Source of the DNA: Coraliomargarita sp.
Lineage (GTDB): Bacteria; Verrucomicrobiota; Verrucomicrobiia; Opitutales; Coraliomargaritaceae
Length of the DNA stretch: 64,000 nt
Direction: 5' to 3'
NCBI GenBank assembly: GCA_965216325.1
Contig: OZ244160.1
Coordinates: 1,440,001 to 1,504,000, forward strand
The notes under the pieces were generated by a model. It saw only the letters and a program-made list of their open reading frames with translations, made no database searches and was not told where the DNA came from. Positions 23,571-33,091 of the stretch are shown piece after piece; within the stretch, counting starts at the first letter, position 1; each line of letters begins with the position of its first letter. A program made the translations under genes and the position numbers.

Positions 23571-25574
23571 GTGACCCACCTATTGTTCATCACGTCTGGA
23601 GATGACATCCCGGAACATCTACGGGAGGCATTCACAGCGCCGGAGATACGCACGGTCACGCGAACAACCGTCAGTGAAGTTCAACAAGCACTGCAACATG
23701 GAGCCTTCGACATCGCCCTGCTCCATGGCGATTTTCAGAGTGATCACTTGCGACAAAGTATCGAAGACCTACGCGTACACTCGGCAAACGTCTTCATCAT
23801 TGCAATCGCAACAACTTACGACGAGTCAGACGAAGCAGTCGCGTTCGATGCAGGCGCAAATCTGTATTTTGCCGAGCCTATTCCAACGCAGACGATTACG
23901 CGCCTAGTGCAGAGTCAGGCAGCCGGCACACAGGAAGCCCCAAGCCAGACAATTCGCCATAGCCACCAGGAATCGGCAGACGACCACTCGACCGCTTCCA
24001 CCCTAAAAACCATTCGCGATTTCTCCAATATCCTGAGCTACAGCTTGGATTACAAGGCCTTCACGCAGCAGTTTATCCTCAAGCTGCGTGACCACATAAG
24101 TTTTAGTCGAATTGGAATTTTTCTCGAAGCCTCAGCCAAACAATCTCTGGTTAAGAGCAAACCGACCAAGCCGCTGGAATGCGTCGCATCCCTTGGACTA
24201 CCGTCCGACCTCGTCGACTGCTTTCAGCTCAGTCGATCAGTTGGCATCGGGCGCACGCTCTGCGAACACCCCCGGATCTTAAGTAAGCAGCAGCATACCC
24301 AGAACCCGTTTGATCATGATGCGTCCATTCGCAAGGAATTTGACATCCTTGGCTGCCACACCGCAGTGCCGATCACAGACCGCGAGCAATTAATCGGACT
24401 CGCGGTGCTCAATGGACCCGTCACCGGCCGTCACTACTCGGAGGCAGAACTGCAACTCCTCTTCATTCTGATGGAAGAGCTCGGACTTGCGATACGTAAT
24501 AGCCGCTTACACACCGAGCTCGCGAGCCACGGACAACTCATTGACAGTGTACTGAGCTCCATGTCCAGCGGTGCAATTGTCATCGGCGAAGACCTGAGTA
24601 TTCTCTACACGAATCGGTCAGCCAATGAATTTCTGAAGCTACCCAGGCTCGACAACACGCCACCGCTGTGGGCAGATTTACCCACCAAGCTTGCGGGCCC
24701 GCTGCATCGTGCAGTCGAAAAAGGTGAGCTCCCTGAGCCCTTCACGCTGAATGCAGCCGACGGCACGATCTACCGGGCCTCAGTCATTCCATTCACTCAG
24801 GAAGATGAATTAGCCCTCCTTCCACGGCCAGTCATGGTGATCATTGAAGACTTCACTAACATTGAAGCCAGTAAAGCATCCGAAGTCGCCAACACACGCA
24901 ATGAAGTCGTCAGCCTCATCGCCAAACGCTTTGCCCATGAGATCCGCAACTCGCTGGTGCCACTGTCAACGCATGCACAATTGATCGACAAGAAAATCGA
25001 GCAGCCCGCGTTTCAAGCATCACTCAAGTCCGCTCTGCTCAAGGAAACCAACCGCATTAAGCGCTTCAGCGAACAAATGCTCTATCTGGCGCAAGACTCG
25101 ATCTCAGCCGACAACGGACTCGACCTGGTTCAGTTAATCCACGCTGCGTTCAGTGCAGCAAAGAAACATTTAGACGCTCGCGAAGTCGAACTGGTCACCA
25201 CTGGATCGCCAGAAGATTGCCTGGCCAAGGGAAATACTGAAGCACTCAGTTTTGTCTTCCAGGAGCTCTTCCTCAACGCGATCCAATCACAGGGAGGCCC
25301 AGGCACCATCGAAATCGAAATCACAACTGGCGGAGCCGATACCCTGCGCATTCGAATCAAAGACAGCGGACCGGGCTTCTCCCAAGAAGTCATGCGTCAG
25401 GCCACTGAACCTTTCTACACAACACGCAACACCGGAGTGGGATTGGGACTTTCCATTGCACAGAAAATCATCCAAGAGCACAACGGCCAGCTACGCCTGA
25501 ATGCACGCACTCCCGGAGCAGAATGGGATATTGAAATCGAACTACAATCACTACTCACCACGACCAATGGATAA
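23571..25574 (+). CDS. Cytoplasmic histidine kinase (pseudo-REC, GAF, PAS-like, HisKA, HATPase)
   Basis: GTG start; FAHEIRNSL, NAIQ, DSGPGF, PFYTT, GVGLGL; REC reads DIALLHG and AEP. Confidence 0.88.
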   Translation: MTHLLFITSGDDIPEHLREAFTAPEIRTVTRTTVSEVQQALQHGAFDIALLHGDFQSDHLRQSIEDLRVHSANVFIIAIATTYDESDEAVAFDAGANLYFAEPIPTQTITRLVQSQAAGTQEAPSQTIRHSHQESADDHSTASTLKTIRDFSNILSYSLDYKAFTQQFILKLRDHISFSRIGIFLEASAKQSLVKSKPTKPLECVASLGLPSDLVDCFQLSRSVGIGRTLCEHPRILSKQQHTQNPFDHDASIRKEFDILGCHTAVPITDREQLIGLAVLNGPVTGRHYSEAELQLLFILMEELGLAIRNSRLHTELASHGQLIDSVLSSMSSGAIVIGEDLSILYTNRSANEFLKLPRLDNTPPLWADLPTKLAGPLHRAVEKGELPEPFTLNAADGTIYRASVIPFTQEDELALLPRPVMVIIEDFTNIEASKASEVANTRNEVVSLIAKRFAHEIRNSLVPLSTHAQLIDKKIEQPAFQASLKSALLKETNRIKRFSEQMLYLAQDSISADNGLDLVQLIHAAFSAAKKHLDAREVELVTTGSPEDCLAKGNTEALSFVFQELFLNAIQSQGGPGTIEIEITTGGADTLRIRIKDSGPGFSQEVMRQATEPFYTTRNTGVGLGLSIAQKIIQEHNGQLRLNARTPGAEWDIEIELQSLLTTTNG

Positions 25575-26757
25575 GCGAATCCACACACTCTTCACCCTCG
25601 GCAGCAGCCTTCTCCTCACCGGATCCATCGCAACGGCAGCTGCGACGCGAGTCGCCTACATCGATCCATTTGCCACTGCCCGTGGGAATGCATTTACCGC
25701 AACGGCCGACAACCCATCTGCGGTCTTCTACAATGCAGCAGGTCTGACGCAATTAGAAGGCAGTCAGGTGCAAGCCAACGTGTTCGCGATCTCTCTCGCC
25801 TACGAACAGGACAGTAGCCTTGGACTCGGCAGTCAGGATATGGACGATGACTTCCAACCTATCCCCAGCTTCTTCGCTGCTCATCGCTTTGAGAATAGCG
25901 ATATCGCGCTGGGCTTTGGCGCCTACGCACCGTTCGCCCTGGGCTCCGATTGGGGCAGTGATGCTGACTTTGCAGTCATTGACCCGCGGGTTCCCTACGA
26001 AGGTGAACTCGCCTACGTCAAATACCACCTCGCTCTCGCATGGCAGATTACTGAAACGCTCTCTGTTGCAATCGGCACGAGCTACGACGATGTCGATCTG
26101 GAGGTGAAAGCCAACGCACTGAAATTTGATAGCGATGGCGACGACATCGGCTTTTCCGCATCCGTTCTCTGGCAACCGAATGAACGGCATTCCTTCGGCC
26201 TCAACTACCAAGCCCGCACGAACATCAGGCATGAAGGTAAAGCCGACCTCCTCGTCGCACCAGACACCTTTCTACGCTTCGACGCGGAAGCCGATTTGGA
26301 CTACCCCGAGTCAATCGTTTTCGGATACTCCTACCGCCCTAATGAGCATTGGAATATCGAGTTCAACCTCGACTGGACGAACTGGGACATCATCGACACA
26401 TTCGACCTAAAGGGTCCTCCCGGTGATCTTGGCTATGTTTTAAACTGGGAATCTGCCTTTATCTGGGAACTCGGAGCCACTCGCTATTTTGACAACGGCT
26501 GGCACATCAGCGCAGGCTACACCTTCGTGGAAGATGCCGTGCCGGACGAAGGCTTCTTGCCTATAGTGCCAGACAATGACCGCCATTTCTTCTCGATAGG
26601 CGTCGGGCAAACGATCGGGCAATTCTACTGGCAAGCAACTTACCAGTATACCTACTCAGACGAACGCTCGGTCAACAACCCGAACCTACCCTCCATCGCA
26701 GGAGATTATGACTTAGACAGTCAAGCAGTTGCGTTCTCGCTCGGCTATCGCTGGTAA
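25567..26757 (+). CDS. FadL/TodX family outer-membrane hydrophobic-compound transporter
   Basis: Signal peptide; ARGNAFTATADNPSAVFYNAAGLTQL hatch; beta-strand pattern; C-terminal YRW; start overlaps kinase 3' end. Confidence 0.9.
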   Translation: MDKRIHTLFTLGSSLLLTGSIATAAATRVAYIDPFATARGNAFTATADNPSAVFYNAAGLTQLEGSQVQANVFAISLAYEQDSSLGLGSQDMDDDFQPIPSFFAAHRFENSDIALGFGAYAPFALGSDWGSDADFAVIDPRVPYEGELAYVKYHLALAWQITETLSVAIGTSYDDVDLEVKANALKFDSDGDDIGFSASVLWQPNERHSFGLNYQARTNIRHEGKADLLVAPDTFLRFDAEADLDYPESIVFGYSYRPNEHWNIEFNLDWTNWDIIDTFDLKGPPGDLGYVLNWESAFIWELGATRYFDNGWHISAGYTFVEDAVPDEGFLPIVPDNDRHFFSIGVGQTIGQFYWQATYQYTYSDERSVNNPNLPSIAGDYDLDSQAVAFSLGYRW

Positions 26758-26759
26758 GC

Positions 26760-27494
26760 TCACTCCCACAGACCCTGCTCAATCATCTGTTGAGTCGCCT
26801 GCTCGGCCCAGCCTCGATTCGCGGCAGGACTGGCTGGGCTCGGGTGTAAGACCCGACCGACCTGGACATCCATCCCCTTAAGCGCTTCGTTGGCACGCGT
26901 CTGCGCGAAGGCTCCCACACCAATCAACCATTCGGGCTGCAGGGCTTCCACCAACTCACGAAGATGCTGATCACACACCTCATAGAGTGCTGCGATCTCG
27001 GCTGCCGGTAACTTATCGGGCGTGCGATTTTTACCGCCCTCCTCCATGAAGACCAAAGGGCAGTAGTTCGCGACGAAATGATTGGCAAAAAATGCATCCG
27101 CGGAGCCAAAGCGCTCTTTGAACAGCCCCCAGAGTCGACGACCACTGACTTCGCTACGTTGACAGTCAAAGCCGTCAATCGGGCGCTTCGGGTGCTCATT
27201 GGCAGGCTTCGCAACCGGCTCATGAATCCCCACCCAATCACGGATCAATGAAATCTCGCCAAACGGAACCCCACATTGCGCCATCCCAAACGGCCCCGGA
27301 TTCATCCCAAGGAACACGACCTGCTTTTTCGACGCTGCATAGCGCTCCAAATACACTTGGTGCGGCTGCCATGCGTAATCAAGTGGATTATACACCACAG
27401 CGGTTGGAGCCGAAAACGCCAAGGCGTCGACGGCAGCCGACAGTTTCCGCGCAGCGGCAATGCTAGCTTTGGCAATGGAACTACTTGGCATCAT
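26760..27494 (-). CDS. SMUG1-type (family 3) uracil-DNA glycosylase
   Basis: GMNPGPFGMAQCGVPFG, SEVSGRRLW, LHPSPASP. Confidence 0.92.
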   Translation of the reverse strand: MMPSSSIAKASIAAARKLSAAVDALAFSAPTAVVYNPLDYAWQPHQVYLERYAASKKQVVFLGMNPGPFGMAQCGVPFGEISLIRDWVGIHEPVAKPANEHPKRPIDGFDCQRSEVSGRRLWGLFKERFGSADAFFANHFVANYCPLVFMEEGGKNRTPDKLPAAEIAALYEVCDQHLRELVEALQPEWLIGVGAFAQTRANEALKGMDVQVGRVLHPSPASPAANRGWAEQATQQMIEQGLWE

Positions 27495-27783
27495 TATCCT
27501 GCCCCTGCACATCACTGTGCCCAAGATCACGCTCTGGTGCGATCTGATCTCGAATCAATTGCTTCAACTCCTTCATCTCCGGAAAGCCTCCCTTCGACTT
27601 GCGATCCCAGATTTCGTGCCCATCCAGCGTCACTAAAAAGCGACCACTCGTTTCCGACGGGCGCAAGGTCACGCCACCCAGTTCTTTCTCAAAAGTCGTC
27701 AGTAATTCCTGTGCAGACCAGCCGGCCCGAAGTAACCAGCGACAACCGGTGCAGTATTCAATTTCAACAGTTGGCTTCATCAA
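27481..27783 (-). CDS. SelT/SelW/SelH (Rdx) family protein
   Basis: IEYCTGCRWLLRA, WDRK..GGFPE. Confidence 0.9.
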   Translation of the reverse strand: MMKPTVEIEYCTGCRWLLRAGWSAQELLTTFEKELGGVTLRPSETSGRFLVTLDGHEIWDRKSKGGFPEMKELKQLIRDQIAPERDLGHSDVQGQDNDAK

Positions 27784-28273
27784 TCAATGTGGGTTGAATC
27801 AATTCAAGTTCTATAGCGGGAAGGGCATCAACTACGTCCTGTATTGGTTTTCCAAATACGACAAGATCCGGCGCAATATCGCACAAGGGCTTCGCCACAA
27901 AATCACGCTCCGCAATTCGCGGGTGCGGCAAACTCAAGCGCTCAGTCGCAAGCTGGACATTGCCAAAGATCAAAAGATCTAAATCGATCGTGCGAGGTGC
28001 CCAAGCATCACTACGCACACGTCCAAGCTGCGACTCCACAGACAAGCATGCATCCAGTAAGGCCTCTGGCGACAGTCCGGTTTCGATGCAGGCAACCGCG
28101 TTCAAAAAGTCATCGGCATCCCCCATCCCGACGGCACGATTTTGATACACCGGACTGGTTTTCTGAACACGCACCGAATAATCCGACTCGAGCAACCTAA
28201 GCGCCTGCTGCATCTGCCCGAGTCGATCCCCGAGATTACTCCCGAGGGCGACATACGCAGTCGCTAGCGGCAC
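27764..28273 (-). CDS. folK: HPPK
   Basis: YVALGSNLGDR, FLNAV, PRTIDLDLL, LPHPRIAERDFV; GTG start assumed. Confidence 0.95.
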   Translation of the reverse strand: MPLATAYVALGSNLGDRLGQMQQALRLLESDYSVRVQKTSPVYQNRAVGMGDADDFLNAVACIETGLSPEALLDACLSVESQLGRVRSDAWAPRTIDLDLLIFGNVQLATERLSLPHPRIAERDFVAKPLCDIAPDLVVFGKPIQDVVDALPAIELELIQPTLIDEANC

Positions 28274-28629
28274 CTCGAAACCTCCGCCGCAAAATAGTCG
28301 CAAATGCAGTCGACCGGCACCGATGGCTTCTCGACCTTAACCGACACTTCGACCACTTTTTCAAAACGCTCTAGAATCTCGCGGCAGATTGTATCTGCGC
28401 AGCTTTCGATGAGGTTAAAGCGGAAGCCGACAAAGATCTCCTTCACGACTGCATAGACCTCCACATAGTTCACCGTGGCGTCTGTGTGATCACTTTCGAA
28501 ATCCAAGCCCGACTCCAGACTCAGCTGAACATCGACCTTGAAGCGCTGTCCCAGCTCAGCCTCCGCTTTGAGCGCACCGTGATGGGCATAGAATACGAGC
28601 CCCTTGAGTTCGAGTTTGGTTTTATTCAT
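28264..28629 (-). CDS. folB: Dihydroneopterin aldolase
   Basis: FYAHHGA..E..LGQRF, TVNY, FNLIE, VEKP. Confidence 0.93.
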   Translation of the reverse strand: MNKTKLELKGLVFYAHHGALKAEAELGQRFKVDVQLSLESGLDFESDHTDATVNYVEVYAVVKEIFVGFRFNLIESCADTICREILERFEKVVEVSVKVEKPSVPVDCICDYFAAEVSRCR

Positions 28630-28708
28630 TTGAAGAAAGTTAGCAGCAAGTCGCTAGAAGAGAGAAGAAAATACGCCTGTCATCATTCTGACTCCTGACT
28701 GCTGACTT

Positions 28709-29542
28709 TTATTTTTGTCGAAGACAAAAATCCAGCACATCCGCACATTCGCGGTTTTCACGAACGTCGTGCACACGGATAAAATCGATTCCAGCCTGAA
28801 CCGCAAGTGCAGTCGTCCCCAGCGTGCCACTCAAGCGTGCCTTCGGATCCTTCAACTCAAGCAGCTTTGCAATCATCGACTTGCGCGATGCACCCAACAG
28901 CACGGGATAACCGAGGTCATTCAACTCGGGTAAGCGGCGCATGATCTCCCAGTTCTCTTCGTAGGTTTTCCCAAAGCCGAGACCGGGGTCCAACAGGATG
29001 GCATCCTCACGCACACCTGCTGCTTTCACTTTCGCAACCGAGGTCTCCAGAAAGCTGCGAATCGCTTCAAGCACATCGCCCTGCCCCGCTTCCTCCGCAG
29101 GTCGGTTGTGCATCAAAATACAGGCCGCGCCATGCCGACCAATCACAGACGCCATCTCCGGATCTCGTTGTGCGCCCCAGACGTCATTCACGATATCCGC
29201 TCCCGCCCGCAGAGCTGCGTCCGCCACGACGGCCTTGGAGGTATCAATCGAAATGAGGGCATCTGTCTGCGCACGCGCCCGCTCAATAAAGGGCACCACT
29301 CGACGTATTTCCTCATCCGCCGCAACGGGTTCATGCCCCGGACGTGTCGACTCACCACCGACATCAATCATATCTGCCCCGGCATCAAGCATCGCACGCG
29401 TCTGCACCCATGCCTGCGCTACATCAACGAACTCACCACCATCTGAAAACGAATCGGGGGTCACATTGAGTATCCCCATCAGGTAGGTTTTGCCGCCAAG
29501 CGGTAAGCTGCGGCGTGGTGTAAAGTAACTTCGATGCTTCAT
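28709..29542 (-). CDS. folP: Dihydropteroate synthase
   Basis: MGILNVTPDSFSDGG, GGESTRPG, DPGLGFGK, GASRKS, IRVHDV. Confidence 0.97.
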   Translation of the reverse strand: MKHRSYFTPRRSLPLGGKTYLMGILNVTPDSFSDGGEFVDVAQAWVQTRAMLDAGADMIDVGGESTRPGHEPVAADEEIRRVVPFIERARAQTDALISIDTSKAVVADAALRAGADIVNDVWGAQRDPEMASVIGRHGAACILMHNRPAEEAGQGDVLEAIRSFLETSVAKVKAAGVREDAILLDPGLGFGKTYEENWEIMRRLPELNDLGYPVLLGASRKSMIAKLLELKDPKARLSGTLGTTALAVQAGIDFIRVHDVRENRECADVLDFCLRQK

Positions 29543-29546
29543 ACGA

Positions 29547-30368
29547 TCAGACATCCATCCGATGCTCGGTTTCATAGTCCGCCAAAGCATGCGACAGCTC
29601 CAAAATCGCCGGCATGAGTTCACTCGTTTCATACGCCACACCGGCACCGCTTAAACGATGCACCGGCAAAACACCTACGGAAGCGTTGGTCACAAAGGCA
29701 CCATCGATGTCGCTGAGCGCATCCAGCCCGAAACTCCCCTCAATCACCTCCAGTTGCATGTCACGCGCAAGCTGCAAGACCAACTCACGGCGCGTTCCCG
29801 GCAGAACCCCACAGCGTAGGGACGGCGTCTGCAATCGACCGTCACGGATGAAATAGAAATTCCCGACAGCCGTCTCAGCCAACTCCCCGACCGTGTTCAC
29901 ACGTAGCACATCACTATAGCCCGCGGACTTTGCCTCTAACAAGAGCAGCAGATTCTCCATGTAGTTGTGCGTCTTGTGCCCAGCCAAGGGAGAACTCTCA
30001 TTAATCGGTGCATCGCTGCGCAGTTGGAGCGAAATCGACTTCGGACAGCTATGGCTCGGACGTGAATAGATGAACAACTTGGTCTGTGCCCCTTCGCGCA
30101 ACAACGACAGTTTAATGACTGCATTGAGCAATCCATCCGTGCCAACGAGTTCTCGAATGCCGCCGAGGACCTCTGCCGCGGATACGTCACAATCCAAGCC
30201 CAGAGCCTCTGCCGAACTCATGAAACGATGCCAATGCGCATCAAAAAGATACAAGCGCCCAGCCGCCAGCTTCATGGTTTCAAAGATGCCAAATCCGTGC
30301 GCAAAACCCGACTCACGGGGATCCAGCTCGGCAAATTGAGACGCGGTTAAGACGGTCGGCTTTGGCAT
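29547..30368 (-). CDS. pabC: Class IV PLP enzyme, probable aminodeoxychorismate lyase
   Basis: GFGIFETM, HKTHNY, ETAVGN, LPGTRR; between pabB and folP. Confidence 0.85.
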   Translation of the reverse strand: MPKPTVLTASQFAELDPRESGFAHGFGIFETMKLAAGRLYLFDAHWHRFMSSAEALGLDCDVSAAEVLGGIRELVGTDGLLNAVIKLSLLREGAQTKLFIYSRPSHSCPKSISLQLRSDAPINESSPLAGHKTHNYMENLLLLLEAKSAGYSDVLRVNTVGELAETAVGNFYFIRDGRLQTPSLRCGVLPGTRRELVLQLARDMQLEVIEGSFGLDALSDIDGAFVTNASVGVLPVHRLSGAGVAYETSELMPAILELSHALADYETEHRMDV

Positions 30369-31726
30369 AGGGCATCAATGGTTTCTCGGATTGCACGCCC
30401 TTTGTCGAGCGTCTCCTGGTATTCACTTTCGGGATCCGAATCCCACACAATGCCGCCACCGACCTGGTAGTCAAGGCAAGCACCCGTTAGATGCAGGCTG
30501 CGAATCGCGATGTTCAACTCGGCGTCCCCATCAAAGCCGATATAGCCGACCGAGCCGCAATAGACACCGCGCCGTGTTGGCTCCAGTTCTTCAATGATCT
30601 CCATGGCCCGCACCTTCGGTGCGCCTGTAATCGAGCCACCGGGAAAGAGTGCTTCGATACAGTCAAAGACGTCCTTCCCCTCCGCCAGGGTGGCTTTCAC
30701 CTGAGCCGTCTGATGGATCACACGAGCGTAGAGCTCCAGATGATACAAGCCTTCCACCTGCACGGAGCCAAACTCGGCGACACGCCCCAAATCATTGCGC
30801 TCCAAGTCCACGATCATCAATAACTCAGCACGATCTTTCTCAGAGACCCTCAACGCTTCGGCATTACGCATATCTTCCTCCGCGCTCACGCCACGCGGAC
30901 GTGTGCCTTTAATCGGTCGCGTTTCAATCGAACGCCCACGCTTACGTAGAAATTGCTCCGGCGAAGTTGAAAACACCTGTAACTCCCCCGCATCGATGAA
31001 GCCACTGTATGGCGCCGGATTGCCAACTCGTAATGCCTTATAAAGCTGTAAGGGCTCGCCCTCGTAATGGCATCGTGCCCGCTGCGACAAATTCACTTGG
31101 TAGACGTCTCCGCTGGCGATGTAATCCTTTACGCGATCAACTGAGCTCAAGAACTCGGAGCGACTCATATTCCACTTCCAATTACTCGCTCTTGGGGCAG
31201 ACAACTGAGGCTCAGCTTGGGAGGCAATGATATCACACAACTGATCGATCACAACTTGTTCATCGGCGCGAATACCCAATGCAATCAAATGCAGCACACC
31301 AGTCCGATGGTCCAAAGCTGCAACGCCATCGTAGAGTCCGAAATGTAAATCAGGCACCTCCCGATCATCCACAGCCTCATTTGGGATACACTCTAAGCGT
31401 CGGCCATAATCATACGCAATAAAGCCGACCGCTCCGCCAACGAAGGGAATCTCGGTATCGTTCACCACTTTGTGCGTCTTCATCTGATCACGCAACTGAG
31501 CCAGCGGTGAGGTTGGGGTCCCGCCTTTAGGCGGATTCGAGTCAGACTTAGATCCAGCTAAAGCCGAGGCTTCAACCACCTCAAATGGATCCGCACCGAA
31601 AAAACTCCAGTGCCCTAGCCCATCATTTGACTGCGAACTATCCAGAATAAATGGCAACTCACGCCGCCCAAAGCACTCGATCAAGTGCTCAATCGACGGC
31701 GGATTGCTTATCTCAACGATTTTCAC
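30347..31726 (-). CDS. pabB: Aminodeoxychorismate synthase component I
   Basis: YQVNLSQR, SPEQF, PIKGTRPR, MIVDLERNDLG, PGGSITGAPK. Confidence 0.93.
   Translation of the reverse strand: MKIVEISNPPSIEHLIECFGRRELPFILDSSQSNDGLGHWSFFGADPFEVVEASALAGSKSDSNPPKGGTPTSPLAQLRDQMKTHKVVNDTEIPFVGGAVGFIAYDYGRRLECIPNEAVDDREVPDLHFGLYDGVAALDHRTGVLHLIALGIRADEQVVIDQLCDIIASQAEPQLSAPRASNWKWNMSRSEFLSSVDRVKDYIASGDVYQVNLSQRARCHYEGEPLQLYKALRVGNPAPYSGFIDAGELQVFSTSPEQFLRKRGRSIETRPIKGTRPRGVSAEEDMRNAEALRVSEKDRAELLMIVDLERNDLGRVAEFGSVQVEGLYHLELYARVIHQTAQVKATLAEGKDVFDCIEALFPGGSITGAPKVRAMEIIEELEPTRRGVYCGSVGYIGFDGDAELNIAIRSLHLTGACLDYQVGGGIVWDSDPESEYQETLDKGRAIRETIDALCQSRPS
31512..31576. repeat. REP-like inverted doublet inside pabB coding sequence
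   Basis: GTTGGGGTCCCGCCTTTAGGCGGAT versus reverse-complement arm GTTGAAGCCTCGGCTTTAGCTGGAT. Confidence 0.7.
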
Positions 31727-31735
31727 GCTTATGAA

Positions 31736-32881
31736 TTAGTGACGACTAGCACGACGGATCAGATAAAAGCCAACTCCCTGGAAAATGATGTTCGGCAGCC
31801 AAATCAATAGGTCCGGACGCAGCGCAACGCTCTCTTCAAACCAACTCACCACGATCATGAGGAAATAGTAGGTCATCGCGATCACGAGCGCGATCGCTAG
31901 GTTCGCATAAGTCTCCTTGCGGCCCACTTGGATGGCAAGCGGCACACCGAAGATTGCCAAAGAGAACACTGAGAACGCCATCGCACAGTTTTTCTGCAAA
32001 TGCATCTGCACCTCCATGCGACGCTCGGACATACCCTCACCCGTTTCCGCTTCCTCAACGAGGGCTTTATCGCGCGCCTCCATCAACTGGGCGAAGGTCA
32101 TATACTTCACTCGGAGTCGCTTGGACTCCTTCTCACCAAAGATCTTACTCAAAGACAGTTTAAACTCGGTATTTCCGAAGGTAATCGGGCGAACGTCCTC
32201 GTTCGACATCGCATCCAGATTCTCTTCGTCGCGCAGCTCGGCGCTCGCATTGAACACTTTGAGAACCAAGTCATTGGTCGACTCATCAAAGTCGATACGT
32301 CCCTCCTCCGCGCGGACGAAACGCTTCACGCGCTGCCTGTCGTCCAACTCCCATACCCAGAAGTCCTTCATCACATCGCCTTCCCGATCGCCCATGTAGA
32401 TCACCATATTGGGGAACTCGTTAATGAAGCGCTTCTCTTCGATGAAACTCAGCGGGTTGTCCGTGATCGCATTCGAAAGCAACTGCTTGTAGGCCACCTT
32501 CGACTTCGGTGCATAGTGCAGATTGACCACAATCCCCACAAACATGCCAATGAAGGAAATAAAGAACACAGGTGCTGCAATCTGGTAAAGGCTTAGCCCC
32601 GCCGACTTCATCGCCGTGATCTCACGCTGTGAAGACAAGCGCCCCAGAGCAATCAAGGTGCCCGTCAGCATCCCTAGCGGCAGCGCATAGGCCGCCACAT
32701 AGGGAATCAATAAACCGAGCAGCTTGAGAAAAATGGTCGCATCCAGCTTACCCGAGGCCACCAAGCCCGCGACATCACGCAAGGCATTTCCGGTCAAGAG
32801 CACGAAGATGAACAGTCCCATCGCCATGCTGGTCGCGATGACGATTTCTTTGAGGACATGACGGTGCAGGAGATTGAGCAT
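31736..32881 (-). CDS. LptF/LptG family LPS export permease
   Basis: GRLSSQREITAMKSAGLS; 3 TM + periplasmic domain + 3 TM. Confidence 0.9.
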   Translation of the reverse strand: MLNLLHRHVLKEIVIATSMAMGLFIFVLLTGNALRDVAGLVASGKLDATIFLKLLGLLIPYVAAYALPLGMLTGTLIALGRLSSQREITAMKSAGLSLYQIAAPVFFISFIGMFVGIVVNLHYAPKSKVAYKQLLSNAITDNPLSFIEEKRFINEFPNMVIYMGDREGDVMKDFWVWELDDRQRVKRFVRAEEGRIDFDESTNDLVLKVFNASAELRDEENLDAMSNEDVRPITFGNTEFKLSLSKIFGEKESKRLRVKYMTFAQLMEARDKALVEEAETGEGMSERRMEVQMHLQKNCAMAFSVFSLAIFGVPLAIQVGRKETYANLAIALVIAMTYYFLMIVVSWFEESVALRPDLLIWLPNIIFQGVGFYLIRRASRH

Positions 32882-32979
32882 ACGATCTTCAGGATGTGAA
32901 TCCCACAGTTAGAAGTCAGAATCGGCCCACGACAAGCCACATTAACTCCATTTCCCGCTGATCCGGTTCGCATTCGCGC

Positions 32980-33011
<32 letters not shown>

Positions 33012-33056
33012 CTCTGAAATAGGCAAAATCGCTCTGCTGTCGCCATTTCTGCTTCC

Positions 33057-33084
33057 CTCTCCACTCTCCACTCTCCACTCTCCA
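33057..33084 (+). repeat. Heptamer tandem repeat (CTCTCCA)x4
   Basis: Four perfect units ending 7 nt before the pyrE ATG. Confidence 0.9.
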
Positions 33085-33091
33085 CTTCATT

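Noticed and set aside
27481..27783. Selenoprotein
   Set aside because: The Rdx motif is CxxC with no in-frame TGA.
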